64,000 bases of DNA from assembly GCA_000182565.2 (NCBI GenBank), contig KQ257450.1, one strand, 5' to 3'. Origin of the DNA: Spizellomyces punctatus DAOM BR117 (lineage: Eukaryota). The translations under genes and the position numbers were made by a program. Shown piece by piece: positions 15,324 through 30,412 of the stretch. The notes under the pieces were generated by a model that searched no databases, was not told the DNA's origin, and worked only from the letters and a program-made list of their open reading frames with translations. Every line of letters starts with the position of its first letter. Within the stretch, counting starts at the first letter, position 1.

Positions 15324-16407
15324 ATGGCAGTCGACAACGGTCTGACAGAAGAGCAGCGAGCAAAGGTAGTGAATAAAGCCATAAGTTCTTTTGTTACCCT
15401 GCCGCGGGCTGGTTGATGAACAGCATCGTTTTCGGGAGTGTCAGTTTGAAGCGGACGGCTATCTTGTCATCCGCGACTTCTTCACAGCAGATGATATTGT
15501 CAAGTTGCGAAATCGCGCACAACATTTACTGGAAGAGTTTGGTGCGTATTGGATTACTGTACCAAAGCTGTATTCTCGGTATTAACTTTGGTTCCAATAT
15601 CTAGATCTCGAAAGCCATCCCAAAACTACCTTCTCGACTGGTGAAAAGGTATTCCACGGTCAAAAACTGTGGCCAAGCTCAATGTTTTGACCAAGAGCTA
15701 CATAGACGGACCATGTTGGAGATGATTACTTTTTGAACAGCGGCGATCAAATCCGCTTCTTTTTTGAGGAGGATGCCTTTGATCAAGACGGTCGATTGAA
15801 AGTGGACAAAACCCGTGCTATCAACAAAATCGGCCATGCCCTTCATGAAAAGGATCCCGACTATAAGAAGTTCTCAACGCAGCCAAGAGTGAAGGCCATT
15901 ATCAGAAGCCTTGGATTTAAAGATCCGCAGATCTTGCAATCAATGGTCATCTTTAAACAACCTCGGATTGGGGGCCGAGTTCCACCACATCAGGATTCGA
16001 CCTTTTTGTACACAGAACCACTATCTGCTGTGGGATTATGGTTTGCATTGGAAGATTGTACACCTGACAATGGGTGTATGTACTTCGCACCTGGATCGCA
16101 CAAGACAGTGCCCATCTACAAGCGATTTGTACGGAACCTGAATGGCAAAGGAACCGGTTTCCGAAATCTCATTGAAGAACCAGTAGAAGAACCTCCAGAA
16201 ACAGACTACGTCTGCGAGCCAACGCCTGCCGGATCATTGGTTTTGATTCACGGTTCGGTTTTGCATAAGTCAGGTCATAATTTGTCGGATAAAAGTCGGT
16301 GGATTTATACCTTTCACTGTATTGAGGGGGCCGCAGAATATCCTGCTGATAATTGGTTGCAGCCTACGAGCAGCATGGCATTCACAAAACTGAATGATGT
16401 CATTTAA
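15324..16407 (+). CDS. PHYHD1: Phytanoyl-CoA dioxygenase domain protein (Fe(II)/2OG oxygenase)
   Basis: FEADGYLVI, YFLNSGDQIRFFFEE, INKIGHALH, LQSMVIFKQPRIGGRVPPHQDSTFLYTEP (HxD), VLHKS.HN.S.KSR.IYTFH. Confidence 0.92.
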
Positions 16408-16524
16408 AATACAGTTGCTATAGTGTCAAGAACAGTGCTTTGCAACCTTTCTTGCAAGTACCATCTACTATAGCGGTTCACAGAAATCATGACATGACAG
16501 GATTGAGAAAAGATAGATTTGATA

Positions 16525-17656
16525 TTACAATTCCAAATCTAACAAATCGGCATGGTCCGTATGAGCTCGATCGGGCTCTTCCTTTTTGGGTGATGACAAT
16601 GGTTGGCTCATAAAGGTAAAATGTGAAATGACATCTGAAACCTCGTCTGATGCTGTTGTGATTATGCGAAGAAATAAGAGAACAGATGTAAGACCAACTT
16701 CATGCCCAGTACCAGAGAGTGGCGGTCTTATGTTACCTTTTTCTTCTGCATGTGTGTCAACTGCATGGCCTTGTTGGAACAGCAAACTCGCGCGCATGTG
16801 GATGTCTTGAGGTACAGGTGGTTCGTGCGGCCTTGCGGCGTTGTCGGAAGCCATAGTGTACTTTGATACACGTGAAGCGTATGATATAATCTCGTTAATG
16901 TTCAATGGAGCTGTGAAGTTAACGGGTGGTAATGTTAAAAGAGGCGACGCATGTACGTTCCTAATGTCTTTCGTTTCCTACCTTCGTGTGCCTTACTCGC
17001 TGCTTCGATTGTTTCCTTGGCCACGGTCACAAGCTCCTCCAGATCGTCCTGTTTTTCCCCCAGACGTCGTGAAAATTCCATGATCCCAACCTCCTGGTCC
17101 AATAACTGTAGTCGGACGCTCTCTATTTGGCGTTGAGTATTCTGGTGCTGCTCTACTTTATGGAATACCCGGCCGGTGTGAGTGAGACCTGAACTCTCCA
17201 CTGTTTTGTAGTGGTATTAAAGTGGTCTCATTGTATACTCACATCGGTTGACAAAGTCCTGTAGCTGCGAGTCCAGGGCCAAGAGCTTTCGTAAAATCTC
17301 GGTGGGGTGCTCAGGCACTGTGGTATTGGAATTGGATGACTGCATAGATACATAATCAGACGGCCGATCTTCTTCATCGGATGCAGGAAGGAGAGTTTGC
17401 AGGGCATCAAAAGGTTCGTCCGACAGAGGTTCTAGCTCAGAGGGCGGTGGTAACGGTGAAGGCTGTGCGAGTGCTTCGAAGCTGACAAAGAGCTCTTCAG
17501 TCAAAGACAGATATTTGGGAAAGATCCTAAGAGAAAAAGGTTAACAACTTTCAGATATCGTCCGTTGGAGTAAGATATTTACCTGTCCGCGGCGTCTGCT
17601 ATCGTTTCTCGTGTGTCCACATCTTTTGAATCTTGTTGCAGCTGCGGATACGGCAT
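16525..17656 (-). CDS. MED4: Mediator subunit 4
   Basis: Coiled coil, then INEIISYASRVSKYT and PPVPQDIHMRASLL, acidic C-terminal DLLDLEL; typical Med4 layout. Confidence 0.72.
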
Positions 17657-17922
17657 TTGGCAACCTGCCAGGTGATACAATGGAGAAGACCACTCAGTGA
17701 GCACATTAAAAGCAGATAATCCAAGAGTTTCCGCTATACTTTCGTACCTTTTGAGTGCGAGTGAATTGCAGTGTAGATCGTTGAGAGTCACCGTGGGGCT
17801 CGGCGCGCTGACATCCTGGTAGATGAGTCAGACTTCGCTTCCCTTCTCGTTTAACCTTCATTTCCAACTTGCATACTGAACATTCTTTACATTGCCCATT
17901 ATATTATTACTCTACCGTTCAA

Positions 17923-19787
17923 ATGGAAGATATTGAAGAGCCTGCTGAGATTGTAGAACCGGGTGAAATTGCAGAAACGGGAAATCTCGAGGAACCCATG
18001 AACGATGCCCCGCCCATGATCTACATGTATAATTACGACTTTGGAAGAGACCCTTCTTTAACGATATCGACAGGAAGTGCATTGTGTGGCCCTGTCGTCC
18101 TATCGACGGACGATGCTAGCGCTGCTCGCCAAGTAAATTTCTGCAAAGGTCTGAAATGGTGCGTGGTAACTCTTGAAGCCTCGAGGTTGTTTTTGTTCCT
18201 CACAAAGTATAGAATTTACAGGAGTCCAGATGGGACGTGTCTTTTGAGTAGCACCAACGACAATATCCTTCGACTATATGAAAAGTAGTTGAGTCTTTGA
18301 TTTCAAATTCTTGTTGATTGCGCATCTGATCGTTGTAGATCTGCGGAGATAGTCGATTCTAGCACTATACTTGGCGACACCCTTACCTCTGCCATCGCAG
18401 TGAAAGAAGCGGAATCCATTTATGACTTCTGTTGGTACCCGTTTATGACCTCTGCTGGTAGGAACTGTCTTGTGCAAGGGAATCAACCGAGTCGGTAGTA
18501 ACGAGCCAAATCTAGATCCTAGCACCTGCTGTTTCCTCACGAGCGTGCGAGATCATCCCGTACATCTTTGGGACGCCTACACGGGGCAAGTGAGTACACT
18601 GACATTTTTGGTCCGCTTAAAGACGGTAATATAACCTCTTGCTCTCTTCTAGTTACGCTGTTCGTATGCGGCCCACGACCATCTTGATGAAGTTCAAGCA
18701 CCAACAGCGTTAGCCTTCAACTTGGATGGTACAAAGTAAGTGTACAAGTTTTTTGAAATTAGAAACGATCAGCGTGAGCAGATTGCTCATCCAACTCATG
18801 TAGACTATATTGCGGTTTCAACAATCTGATCCAGATTTTTGAGACACAGCGGCCTGGCAAGGACTCTGAGCGCAGGCCCACAACTCCGACTAAACGAAGC
18901 AGAGAGGGACAAAAAGGTGAATTCTTTCTATCGCATCGAATCCGCATCTTTCAATGGACTAATAATATAAAGGAAATAGGCCTGATCTCATCCATCGCTT
19001 TCAATCCGGACCGTTCTGGCATGTATGCTGCAGGATCATTTTCAAAGAATGTGGGACTCTATGACGAGCGCAACGATGAGCTACTCGATTTGATGAAGCT
19101 GGGGGATGGAGGAGGGATTACACAGGTCTGTATGGCCCCTCGTCCTCCTGGGTGAATCTGCTGTAACTTTGTCTCTTCTATTGATCAGGTTCAGTTCTCG
19201 ATGGACGGCTGTTATCTCTTCTCGGCATCACGAAAGAGTGATGAGATCCAATGCTGGGATATACGGAATACAGGCGAGATAATTGCACGGTATCAGCGAA
19301 AGGGAGACACAAATCAGCGTATCAACTTTGATCTTGATCCTTCCGGGCGTTACCTGAGCACTGGAGATCAGGTATGTCTCATTTGCCCTGACAAGTGTAT
19401 TGTCATTTTATCTTATTGACGGCATTGCAGGATGGACGTATTTTAATATATGACTTGAAAACGCACGAGCTGGTAAAGGAATTTCAAGGGCATCGAGGTA
19501 TGGCTAGTCAGTTGCAGCTACTCAAATGTGCAAGTTTCCTGATAGCGTAAACGACAGACACAGTAAGTGCAGCCGGCTTTCACCCCTCCCTACCCCTGCT
19601 TGCCAGTTGCTCTGGTCAACGAAGAGACCTTTTGAGTGGCCAACTCGTAATGGACGGTGATGGCATCGAGTGTATAAGAGAAGATGACGGCACCTGTATC
19701 CCCATTGATAGTCGAGTATGTATATGGGGCTTGCCCTACCATTACGACACGCCCATGGAAGAATCAACATTATCTGGAGACAGCTAA
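17923..19787 (+). CDS. WRAP53: WD40 protein TCAB1/WDR79 (telomerase Cajal body protein 1 family)
   Basis: NFCKGLKW|SPDGTCLL, ESIYDFCWYPFM, RDHPVHLWDAYTG, GLISSIAF, IQCWDIRN, TNQRINFDLD, FHPSLPLLASCSGQR. Confidence 0.9.
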
Positions 19788-20065
19788 ATTGCAAACGGTG
19801 CACAAAAGCCGAAGGAATCCTGTATTGGCTGTAGCGGGGTCCCTCAGTGCGGTTTTACTTAAACCAGGGTCTTGGACTCTATGTGAGGTCATTTGATAAA
19901 ATATCGCATGCGAAACATATCATTAGATTAGAGAACAAAGTTTTATTTTTCTGTGTGGTGGTCCTTCTCTGCGCAACTCTGCTACAGAAACTGTGTGATA
20001 AAAAGGTGAAACTACCCTCAGCTTTACAAAAAAGACTATATATAACCCATCTGCGTACGACATCC

Positions 20066-22365
<2,300 letters not shown>

Positions 22366-23011
22366 AACTGTAGAGTAGTAAAGATGCAAAAACAGACCCC
22401 GGGGAAAGGTCAGCAACAGTCGTCTGTCTCCAACTCTTGGGCGGCAGATCACTGCGTATCTACATTCGTAAGAAAGCACAAAAGTACCTGCAACGGTATG
22501 GAATGCAAGAGGCTAAAAGACAGTGTATTTCAAGAAGGAAAATGTACAAGTCCCCGCACTTTACAAGCCAAGGATGACGATCACTTGGCTGCCCGACGAG
22601 TGCGGGAAAGAGCCAAAAGCGAAAAAAACAAATCGCTATTTGAACCTTTCCCCCAGCCACAGCTCACGTGATCTACCGCGTCAGTGGCGTAGTAAGGCTT
22701 CACAAGCCAGAACCGCCCAACAAACAAGGACTCGTCCCATTCGTTTTCCATCCACATTCGCAACCTACTTCCTCCCCCTTCGATCAGGGTTCGGAGTGAC
22801 GAAATATCGCTACCAGGCTACGTTGTACTCGACGTCAAGATTTCTATTGAACCGCAGCGGTAAAGTTTCTCTGAAAAGGAAAAAGAACTCGTGGCCTCGA
22901 CATTGCCATCCTTACCAAAACAAATATTCTATAGCAGTTCTCCGCAGTGCCATCAAATATTGTAGAGTCTTTGAGCCATTGACTGCATGAAGGAATAGAC
23001 GAATTAGCAAC

Positions 23012-26000
23012 ATGCATTGCAAGCTTGTAACTCGGGCGCTTTATGATTATGAGGCGCAGGAGGCTGAGGAGCTTTCGGTGAAGGAAGGTGATTTGCTGCT
23101 AGTAACGGACGATTCAGATGCAGAATGGTGGAGAGCCGTACAGAAGCCAAGCGACACATTTGGGGACAGCCAAGAGGGCCTCATCCCTGCCTCGTATATT
23201 CAAGAGGTGCGTACACGTCACATATACTGACATCCGTCAGGTTGAGCGGAGAACTCTGAAATTGATATTTTGAATTCACAAGGCCGATCCATTGGCAATT
23301 ATGAGAAGTCTGTATCAATACGATGCCTCTGCCCCAGAAGAAATTAGCTTTCCTGAGGGAGTGGAGATACGTTTGTATGAGATGAACGATCCAGACTGGT
23401 GGTTTGGTCAATATGAAAACTCCGTTGGACTTATCCCCGCGACCTACTTGCAGACGGAGGTACCGTACAGTTATTTATTCATCTCTGAACGCAGCATGTG
23501 AATCTCACCTGGTCTTCCCTAAAGGACGACATTGGGAGCAACGAACAAACTTATGAACCTCAACCCGATCAGTACGAGGAAGTTGCACATGCTCCTGAAC
23601 CGACGCATGTCCATCCCCCTGAAGTGATTGCTGAAGATGCAGAGGCACAGAAGCAACAGCTGCTATCCGCTCTTGGCGGACTAGGATTTGAGAAGCCAAA
23701 GACGGTTGTGCATCGGTCGATAGAAAACATGGGCCCACAAGATATTAACTACTACAGCGTCACGGTATGGCAGCATCATTGTAATCAGAAGACTGACTAT
23801 CTGGTTTTGAGACTTGATATTACCTTTCTATCTTGACAGGAGGTTGATAAAAAGAAGAAAAAGAACAGTCGCAAAGGCTTCATGGGTATCAGTGATGACT
23901 CTGTGATATATTTTGTGGCCGATGACAAGGTAATTGGAGTTCTTTTATTATGTACCAAGCTCGACTCTCATGAGATAGTTTTAGACAAAGGATATATTGA
24001 TGAGATGGGAGATGAGCGAGCTCACCAAGTTTACTGAGAAGAAATCGAAAAAGCTTATTCTGGAATTTGGAAGTGACGAGCGCCAGTTTGAAGGAGAGAA
24101 GGCTGATATTCAAGCGCTTCTTGCCCGGTTGCAACATGTGCAGAATAAGGTATTGTATACTGTGAAAACATTCTCTTTCTCGATGTTCCTATCTAATGGT
24201 TGATTTATCTTGCAGAAGAAATCCTTGAGTCCAACGGCTGTCAATCCTCCACCTCCCATTCGCACCAACACGACACCTCAACCGTCTGCCACGCCATCCC
24301 CAGTCCCTCCAGCGCCTGCATTTCCTGTGGCTCTTCCCCCGAGATCGCCGCAACCGGAGCCCAGTCCTGGAGGCCATGGGCCGAAGATTGCTGTGGCTCT
24401 CTACGATTACGAAGCTACAACCGAGGATGAGCTCACGATTCGTGAAAATGATAATCTGGTGGTCTTGGATGATTCCGACGAGGAATGGTGGCGTGTGCGG
24501 TTGATTTCCAAGAAGGGACGAGAGGGCCTAGTCCCAGCATCGTACGTTCAGGTAAGGGTATGCATACCTTTTGTCAAAGAAATTCCATGATCTGATCTGT
24601 CAGGGAAACAGCTCAAGCAGCGACTAGCGGAAGATGGAGTCGGGGGACCTGCCGCGAAAAATGAAGACCTTGAACGACAGCGCTGGGAGCAGGAAGAGGC
24701 AGAGCGGAGGCGCCGAAATGAGGAAGAAGAACGCAAGCGAAGGCAAGAGGCCGAAGAGCGACGACGAAGAGAACAGGAAGAGGAGCAACGTAGGAAACGT
24801 CAAGAAGAAGAAGAGCTGCAGCGCCGGCGGAGAGTGGAGGAGGAGCGTAAGAGGAAGACAAACGAAACGGAAGCTGCTCGTCCTACTCTTCCAATGCGCC
24901 CTGCCGCTGGCATGCCTGACCCTCCACAGCGTCCCACGCCTGCAATACCCAGTGCGCGGCCATTTAATGTGGGACCCATTCCTCAGCGACCCGTGCGCAC
25001 CGGCGATACTCCACGACCACCTTTGCCCGATCGCCCCCCTGTGCCTGCTTCACGACCCAAGACGGAAGATGCATCCACATCGAAGGCTCAGGGGAAGACC
25101 GACGGGCAAGAGAAACCGAATCCAGCTCACTTGCGCACTTGGACTGATCGTACAGGTTCTTTCAAAGTCGAGGCACAGTTTCTTGGTGTGGCAGATGGAA
25201 AGGTACACCTTCACAAGACGAACGGAGTGAAGATCGCTGTCCCTTTGGCAAAGTTGGACCCCGACGACATTGAGTATGTCAGATCAACTCCTGGAAATGC
25301 CAATATTGAAGTCCCTGCCGCGACGCAAACAGCGCCTAGACCCTCACAAGCTCAACAAGGTCCAAGTGTTGCCACCTTGGCAGCGGCTGCTAGTATACGA
25401 CCAAAAACACCCACCACAGACAATATTGTGTACAACGGGTTCGATTGGCGCGAGTTCCTGATTGGAGCGGGGGTTTCGGCAGGCGATGCCCTCATTTACG
25501 CACAAAAGTTTGTAGGGGAGCGGATGGATCGTACTCACTTGGCAGATCTGGATCGTGAGCTGCTTAGGAACCTGGGAGTGACAGAAGGAGACATTCTTCG
25601 CATCAGGAAAGCTGCAAGCTTACCGGCGACAACCCCCGCTAATGTCGCTGCAGCTAATGATAGGGAGCACGCGGCGTTGCAAAGCAATCTACATATATTG
25701 GGGAAACTGGCTGTAAGTTAATGAGTACGTTATACACTTTTGCGGCTTTGAAATAAATACCTCTTATAGGGAGACGCTAAGCACGGAGTGCCTCGCCGAC
25801 GTGAGTGTGCTAGTATCTGATGTCGCATTTGTCCTTTTACTGATCTCGTATGTAATAGAATCGAGGTCCGCGTCCACGTCTGGGCCGCCGAATATGCAGG
25901 TCATCCAACATGCAGCTGACTTACTAAAAGCTAACAGCGACCAACGAAATCGCCGTGGATCTCCGAACCCATCACCTCCTGGAACACCAAGCGGTCGAAC

Positions 26001-27615
26001 ATCTGCGCGGTCCTCATTCTCCAGTTCGCCCGCACCTGGAGGTGCTACCGGAAAATCCGGACCTGCCTCAAACAATGATCCATGGGCTGTTCCGACAGCT
26101 ACAAGAGTGGCGACTGTGGCTGCCTCGTCTACGCCGAGTGCCAGTGCCGCTCCGACACAGCAGACTCTGATCGCGCAAAAGCAACAACAGGAAGCTCAAC
26201 AAGCCCTCCAGCAGGCACAACAGGCGCTTGCAAAAGCACAAGAGCAAGCCAGGCAGGCTGCCCAAGTTCAGGCGCAGGCTGCTTTAATTAAAGCACAAGA
26301 AACTGCAAGACAGGCTGCGTTAATTCAGCAACAAACCCAACAAGCCCTACTTGCCGCACAGCAAGCGGCAGTTCAACGTCCAGCAATGCTGACTCCTGCC
26401 ATTGGAACACCACTTGGGACACCACAGATACATACACCTTCACCTTCACTTGCTCCAAGGCCTGCATCCTTGCCACCACCTCTCATACCTGCCTCATCTT
26501 CGACTACTGCATTTGTACCTGTTGGTGGTGGTGCCAGGCCCTCATCTGGAGTAGGGCCGAATATGGGGTTGATGGGCCCGAATATGCAGCCGATGCCAGC
26601 GTCGAATGCGCCAAACTTTTCGGGTACGGGAAATTTTGGAGGGGCACTCCCAAACAGGCCGCAGTTAATGGGTAACCCTCAAGGCCCAGCATCGTTTGGG
26701 CAACGACCAGGTACAGTTTACCCAAATTGCGCTTGTGACTACCGTTTCACTCATTGATGTATATTTCTAGATGATAAATATTCGGCTTTGAAATCTCTCG
26801 ACCCGCTGGCTCCTTCTATGTTTACTCAACCTCCTCCATCAAGTATGTTCCTGTTGACGTTCTTGCTAACGATCATATCCAGGCGCTAAACAATTTTGAT
26901 TTGTTGTACAGTGAGCACCAGCGCACGACCTATGGGATTCAGTGGCGGTATGCAACCACAAATGTCACCAGCTATGAGCGGAACGGGACTCCCCAGCCCA
27001 GCCCTGTCCTTGTCTTCAAACAACTCGGGTTTCCATGGCATGTCGGGCATGTCGGGGGCTATTCCTTCAGGGACCTCTACACCCAACAGTTTCGGGAGCA
27101 ATCCAGGCACTCCAAGCATGAACTTTCTGCAAGGTGTTGCTCGCGGACCTACCTCTGCGCCAAATGCAGGGGCTATGCAATTTGGAGGGGGGCCCGCTTT
27201 TCAGCAGCCGCAGCAGCAGCAGCTGCCGACGATGCCAAGTAGTATGCCGGGTATGAGCGGTGTCAACATGGGCGGTTTTCAAGGAATGCGCCCGATGGGA
27301 GGGATGGCTCCGATGGGCACAAATATGTCAAATATGGGAGGCATGGGACCGATGCAAGGAATGTCAAATGGAATGGGTGGAATGGGTGGATTTGCCCCAA
27401 ATGGTATGGGCGGAATGAACATGAATACGATGCCAGGTGGTATGGGTGGAATGAATGGGATGCCGAATGGAATGCCGAATGGAATGCCGAATGGTATGCA
27501 AAATGGTATGCAAAATGGTATGGGGCCGAATGGTATGGGGTCGATGGGAGGGATGGGGATGGGAGCAATGGGAGGTATGGGCATGAACAACATGGGGCAG
27601 CAAGGTTTTAGGTAG
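23012..27615 (+). CDS. SLA1: Endocytic adaptor Sla1 (3 SH3 domains, SHD1, SAM-like SHD2, low-complexity tail)
   Basis: Three SH3 motifs (ALYDY...EL..., WW, GLIP..Y); SHD1 RTWTDRTGSFKVEAQFLG..DGKVHLHKTNGVKIAVP; SHD2 FDWREFL..AGV...LGVTEGDILR. Confidence 0.92.
27454..27525 (+). repeat. Coding minisatellite, about 6 x 12 nt, encoding NGMP/NGMQ in the SLA1 tail
   Basis: aatgggatgccg aatggaatgccg aatggaatgccg aatggtatgcaa aatggtatgcaa aatggtatgggg. Confidence 0.9.
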
Positions 27616-28122
27616 CAGAGTGTGACATAGATCCTTATATTTAGACAGGATGGTTTCTTTTTGAAGAAATTATTGAACATTTTCGGGATTTTAAATTCAA
27701 ATCTTGACGACCATGGCAAGACATGCAGCTGCCATGAAGGACTTTCATCATTCTGAATGTATTGGGTCTTGCCATACGACGCACAGATACTACCATATAT
27801 TGCTGCCATGCATTGCTGCCATCCCGCATCAAGCACCGTAAAACAAAGCTGTTTTATTCATCTTGGCACAATTTCGCAGATGCTGAATGGGATGAAAAAA
27901 GATTGTCGGGACCCGTCGGAGCGTGATCGTCTCCTTCGCCGGAGCGTCGACATCACTTCCTAATGAGCCCCCGTTTTGTTCTTGAGTACGTAGGGAACCA
28001 AGTTCCCTCTGGCAATGTTACGCTATCTTTTCCACAGCAGTAACACTGTGGCTGCACTCGATTGCTTTTTAAAGAAGAAAAACTGGAAATCGCAAGAATT
28101 CAACGCTCTTTTATAGTCAATA

Positions 28123-28354
28123 GTTGCCATGGTAATGCTAAAGCCAATGGGAACCTTTTCACGTGTCGTGGCGCGCGATCAAGCTTAGTGTGGAGGTGAT
28201 TGAAAATGGCACTAGGACCCATTATTATCCGGATTAATCCAGTTAATCATATCGCATAATCAGCACCCCCATCTATCGCTCAGATTGGTGTGGCATGCAT
28301 GTAATGTTTTTTTTTTTAAACTGCGGTGAGGCACATGCCAAAGGTCTATAAAAG
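28123..28354 (+). promoter_or_regulatory. Putative promoter: X-box-like, CCAAT, E-box and TATA box
   Basis: GTTGCCATGGTAAT 28123-28136, CCAAT 28144, TCACGTG 28159, GGATTAATCC palindrome 28231, TATAAAA 28347. Confidence 0.55.
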
Positions 28355-28426
28355 GGGGACCTTCCCTCTTTCCTCTTTACCCATCCTCGACTCGCAAAGC
28401 ATCTGCCCAACACATCTCAGTCCATC

Positions 28427-28650
28427 ATGAGAATGCCGCTCTGGTGTCGAGGACCTCGCCCACCCGACAACAAAAACAACATAACCCCTTGCAAACGCTG
28501 CTACTACTATATTGCTACGATCGCAGGTATGCATTATCTTTGTATTTTCCTATGCGTATTCCGAGTCTAATTCTGGTTTAATTAGTATCTGAACTAAAGA
28601 ATTTCGGAATCAAGGGCTTAGTAGGATTTCTCTCGTGGTGGTGGGCTTAG
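28427..28650 (+). CDS. Putative spliced small ORF, 54 aa, unknown function (intron 28527-28585)
   Basis: atcATG start about 80 nt after the TATA box; intron GTATGC...CTAAT...TTAG; product MRMPLWCRGPRPPDNKNNITPCKRCYYYIATIAVSELKNFGIKGLVGFLSWWWA*. Confidence 0.5.
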
Positions 28651-29185
28651 TTACCCAGTTAGAAACAACCGTAATGTATTGCATGTGTAATTGGGCCTAG
28701 TGGTAGTTAGCTTTTCACGTACCCCAGTTCAACCCAGGCTGGAACCTGTAGCCAGTTAGGATAGGGGTGGGACTCGTTTGCAGGATAGGTTATGAAGGGT
28801 TGGACAGGCTGGCTAATTGTACATTAGAACCGGCTGTAGCGAGTTAGGAAGGAGAATTTGTCCCTAGTGACATTTTCTACCACCTGCACACTATGAAGAA
28901 CGCTGTTTGAACGTAAATAAACGCCTGCAGGATGAAAGGTTCTGATGGAATGTGGAATGTGCGTCGTCTTGCCTTTATATTTTTGAAGGTTTGGGCATCG
29001 GGAATTGCCATGGAATGACATAAAAGTACCAGTTTGTTGTCCAAGAAAGTATATCCATCTTCAGCACTTTTTAATGGAACTGACATAATCTGGCTTGTTG
29101 ACATGGCAACAGGTGAATTGTTTTTGAATTTCGCGTAGCAAATGCTGACGAGCTACTCCAACAACCACCATTATTAGCACCAAAC

Positions 29186-30284
29186 ATGTCAAGACCAGAA
29201 CACACAGCACCACCAGAAATAGTGAGCTTGTAAACATTCTATTGCTTCCAATTTGGTAGTCTTACTCACCTGGGATATTAGTTCTACAATGAGACTGAAG
29301 CCTCAAAATATACAAACAAGTAGGTTTTGTCCTCACGTTGCTCTCTTATTCAGCGCATTTTGCTAACATTTCCGCAAAACAGCTCACGAATAGTCTCCAT
29401 TCAAAATGAAATGTCTTACCGAGCGCTCGAGCTGCTGGCTCTTCCAGAAGGAGAGCCAGCGTTTGTACTGGATATTGGTTGTGGGTCTGGTTTGAGTGGA
29501 GAGGTTTTGGATGAAGAAGGCCATTTTTGGGTCGGTCTGGATATCAGCGATTCCATGCTGGAGGTGGCCAAAGAGCGGGAAGTGGACGGAGACCTGTTTC
29601 TGCAAGATATTGGTCAAGGATTGGGATATCGACCTGGAACATTTGATGGAGCAATCAGGTAAGAATGATGCCCGCGTGGATTGCACATTGTTGAAGCGGG
29701 CCTGATCGCACTGTCTCGCCTAGTATATCCGTTCTACAATGGCTCTGCAATGCGGACAAGACCGTCAATAACCCCCGTGCTCGCCTGAAGCGTTTCTTTA
29801 GCACCCTCTATTCAGCCCTAGCTCGTGGTGCGAGAGCGATATTTCAGTTCTACCCAGAAAATCCTGACCAGATCGAAATGATCATATCCAGCGCCATGCG
29901 TGCCGGTTTCACAGGTGGACTGGTGGTCGATTTTCCCAACTCTGCCAAAGCAAAAAAATACTATTTGTGCCTATTTGCCGGATTCAAAGACAATGCTGGT
30001 TCTAGTCCCGCATTGCCCAAAGCCCTCGGAGAGGGCGATGAGACACCTGGACATATCACATATGGTTCAAATAGGTACCAATAACTTTGCTTGTTTCATT
30101 CCATGATGTTTGAATGCTAAGATTTCGTCGTAGGATACGGGAGCGGCGAAAAGGAAAAGAGCAGCGAAAACCGGTCAAGGATAAAAACTGGGTCTTGCGC
30201 AAGAAGGAACTCAACAGGACAAGAGGGAAGGAAGTGCCAGCGGACTCCAAATACACAGCACGTAAAAGAAAAATCAAATTTTGA
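29186..30284 (+). CDS. BUD23: 18S rRNA m7G methyltransferase Bud23/WBSCR22
   Basis: [83 protein letters not shown]. Confidence 0.96.
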
Positions 30285-30412
30285 TGTATTTTTTAAGAAT
30301 AAGTATTATTTATGATTAGGCATCCGTTCCCAAACGTCGTTCCAACAACCTCCATCAAACTCTTAATGGTTATATACAAAATGTTGAGCGCACAAGCTGA
30401 GCCATTCGCTGC

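Noticed and set aside
18263-18270. ATATCCTT U12-type donor-like motif (also at 52135)
   Set aside because: Lies inside in-frame coding exons with no matching branch site or AC acceptor.
27263-27836. Minus-strand ORFs with IPF/HSA repeats
   Set aside because: Antisense reading of the SLA1 Gly/Met repeat tail.
28380-28900. Telomerase RNA hypothesis for the long intergenic transcript
   Set aside because: No CTAACCCT-type template on either strand; only ATAACCCC.
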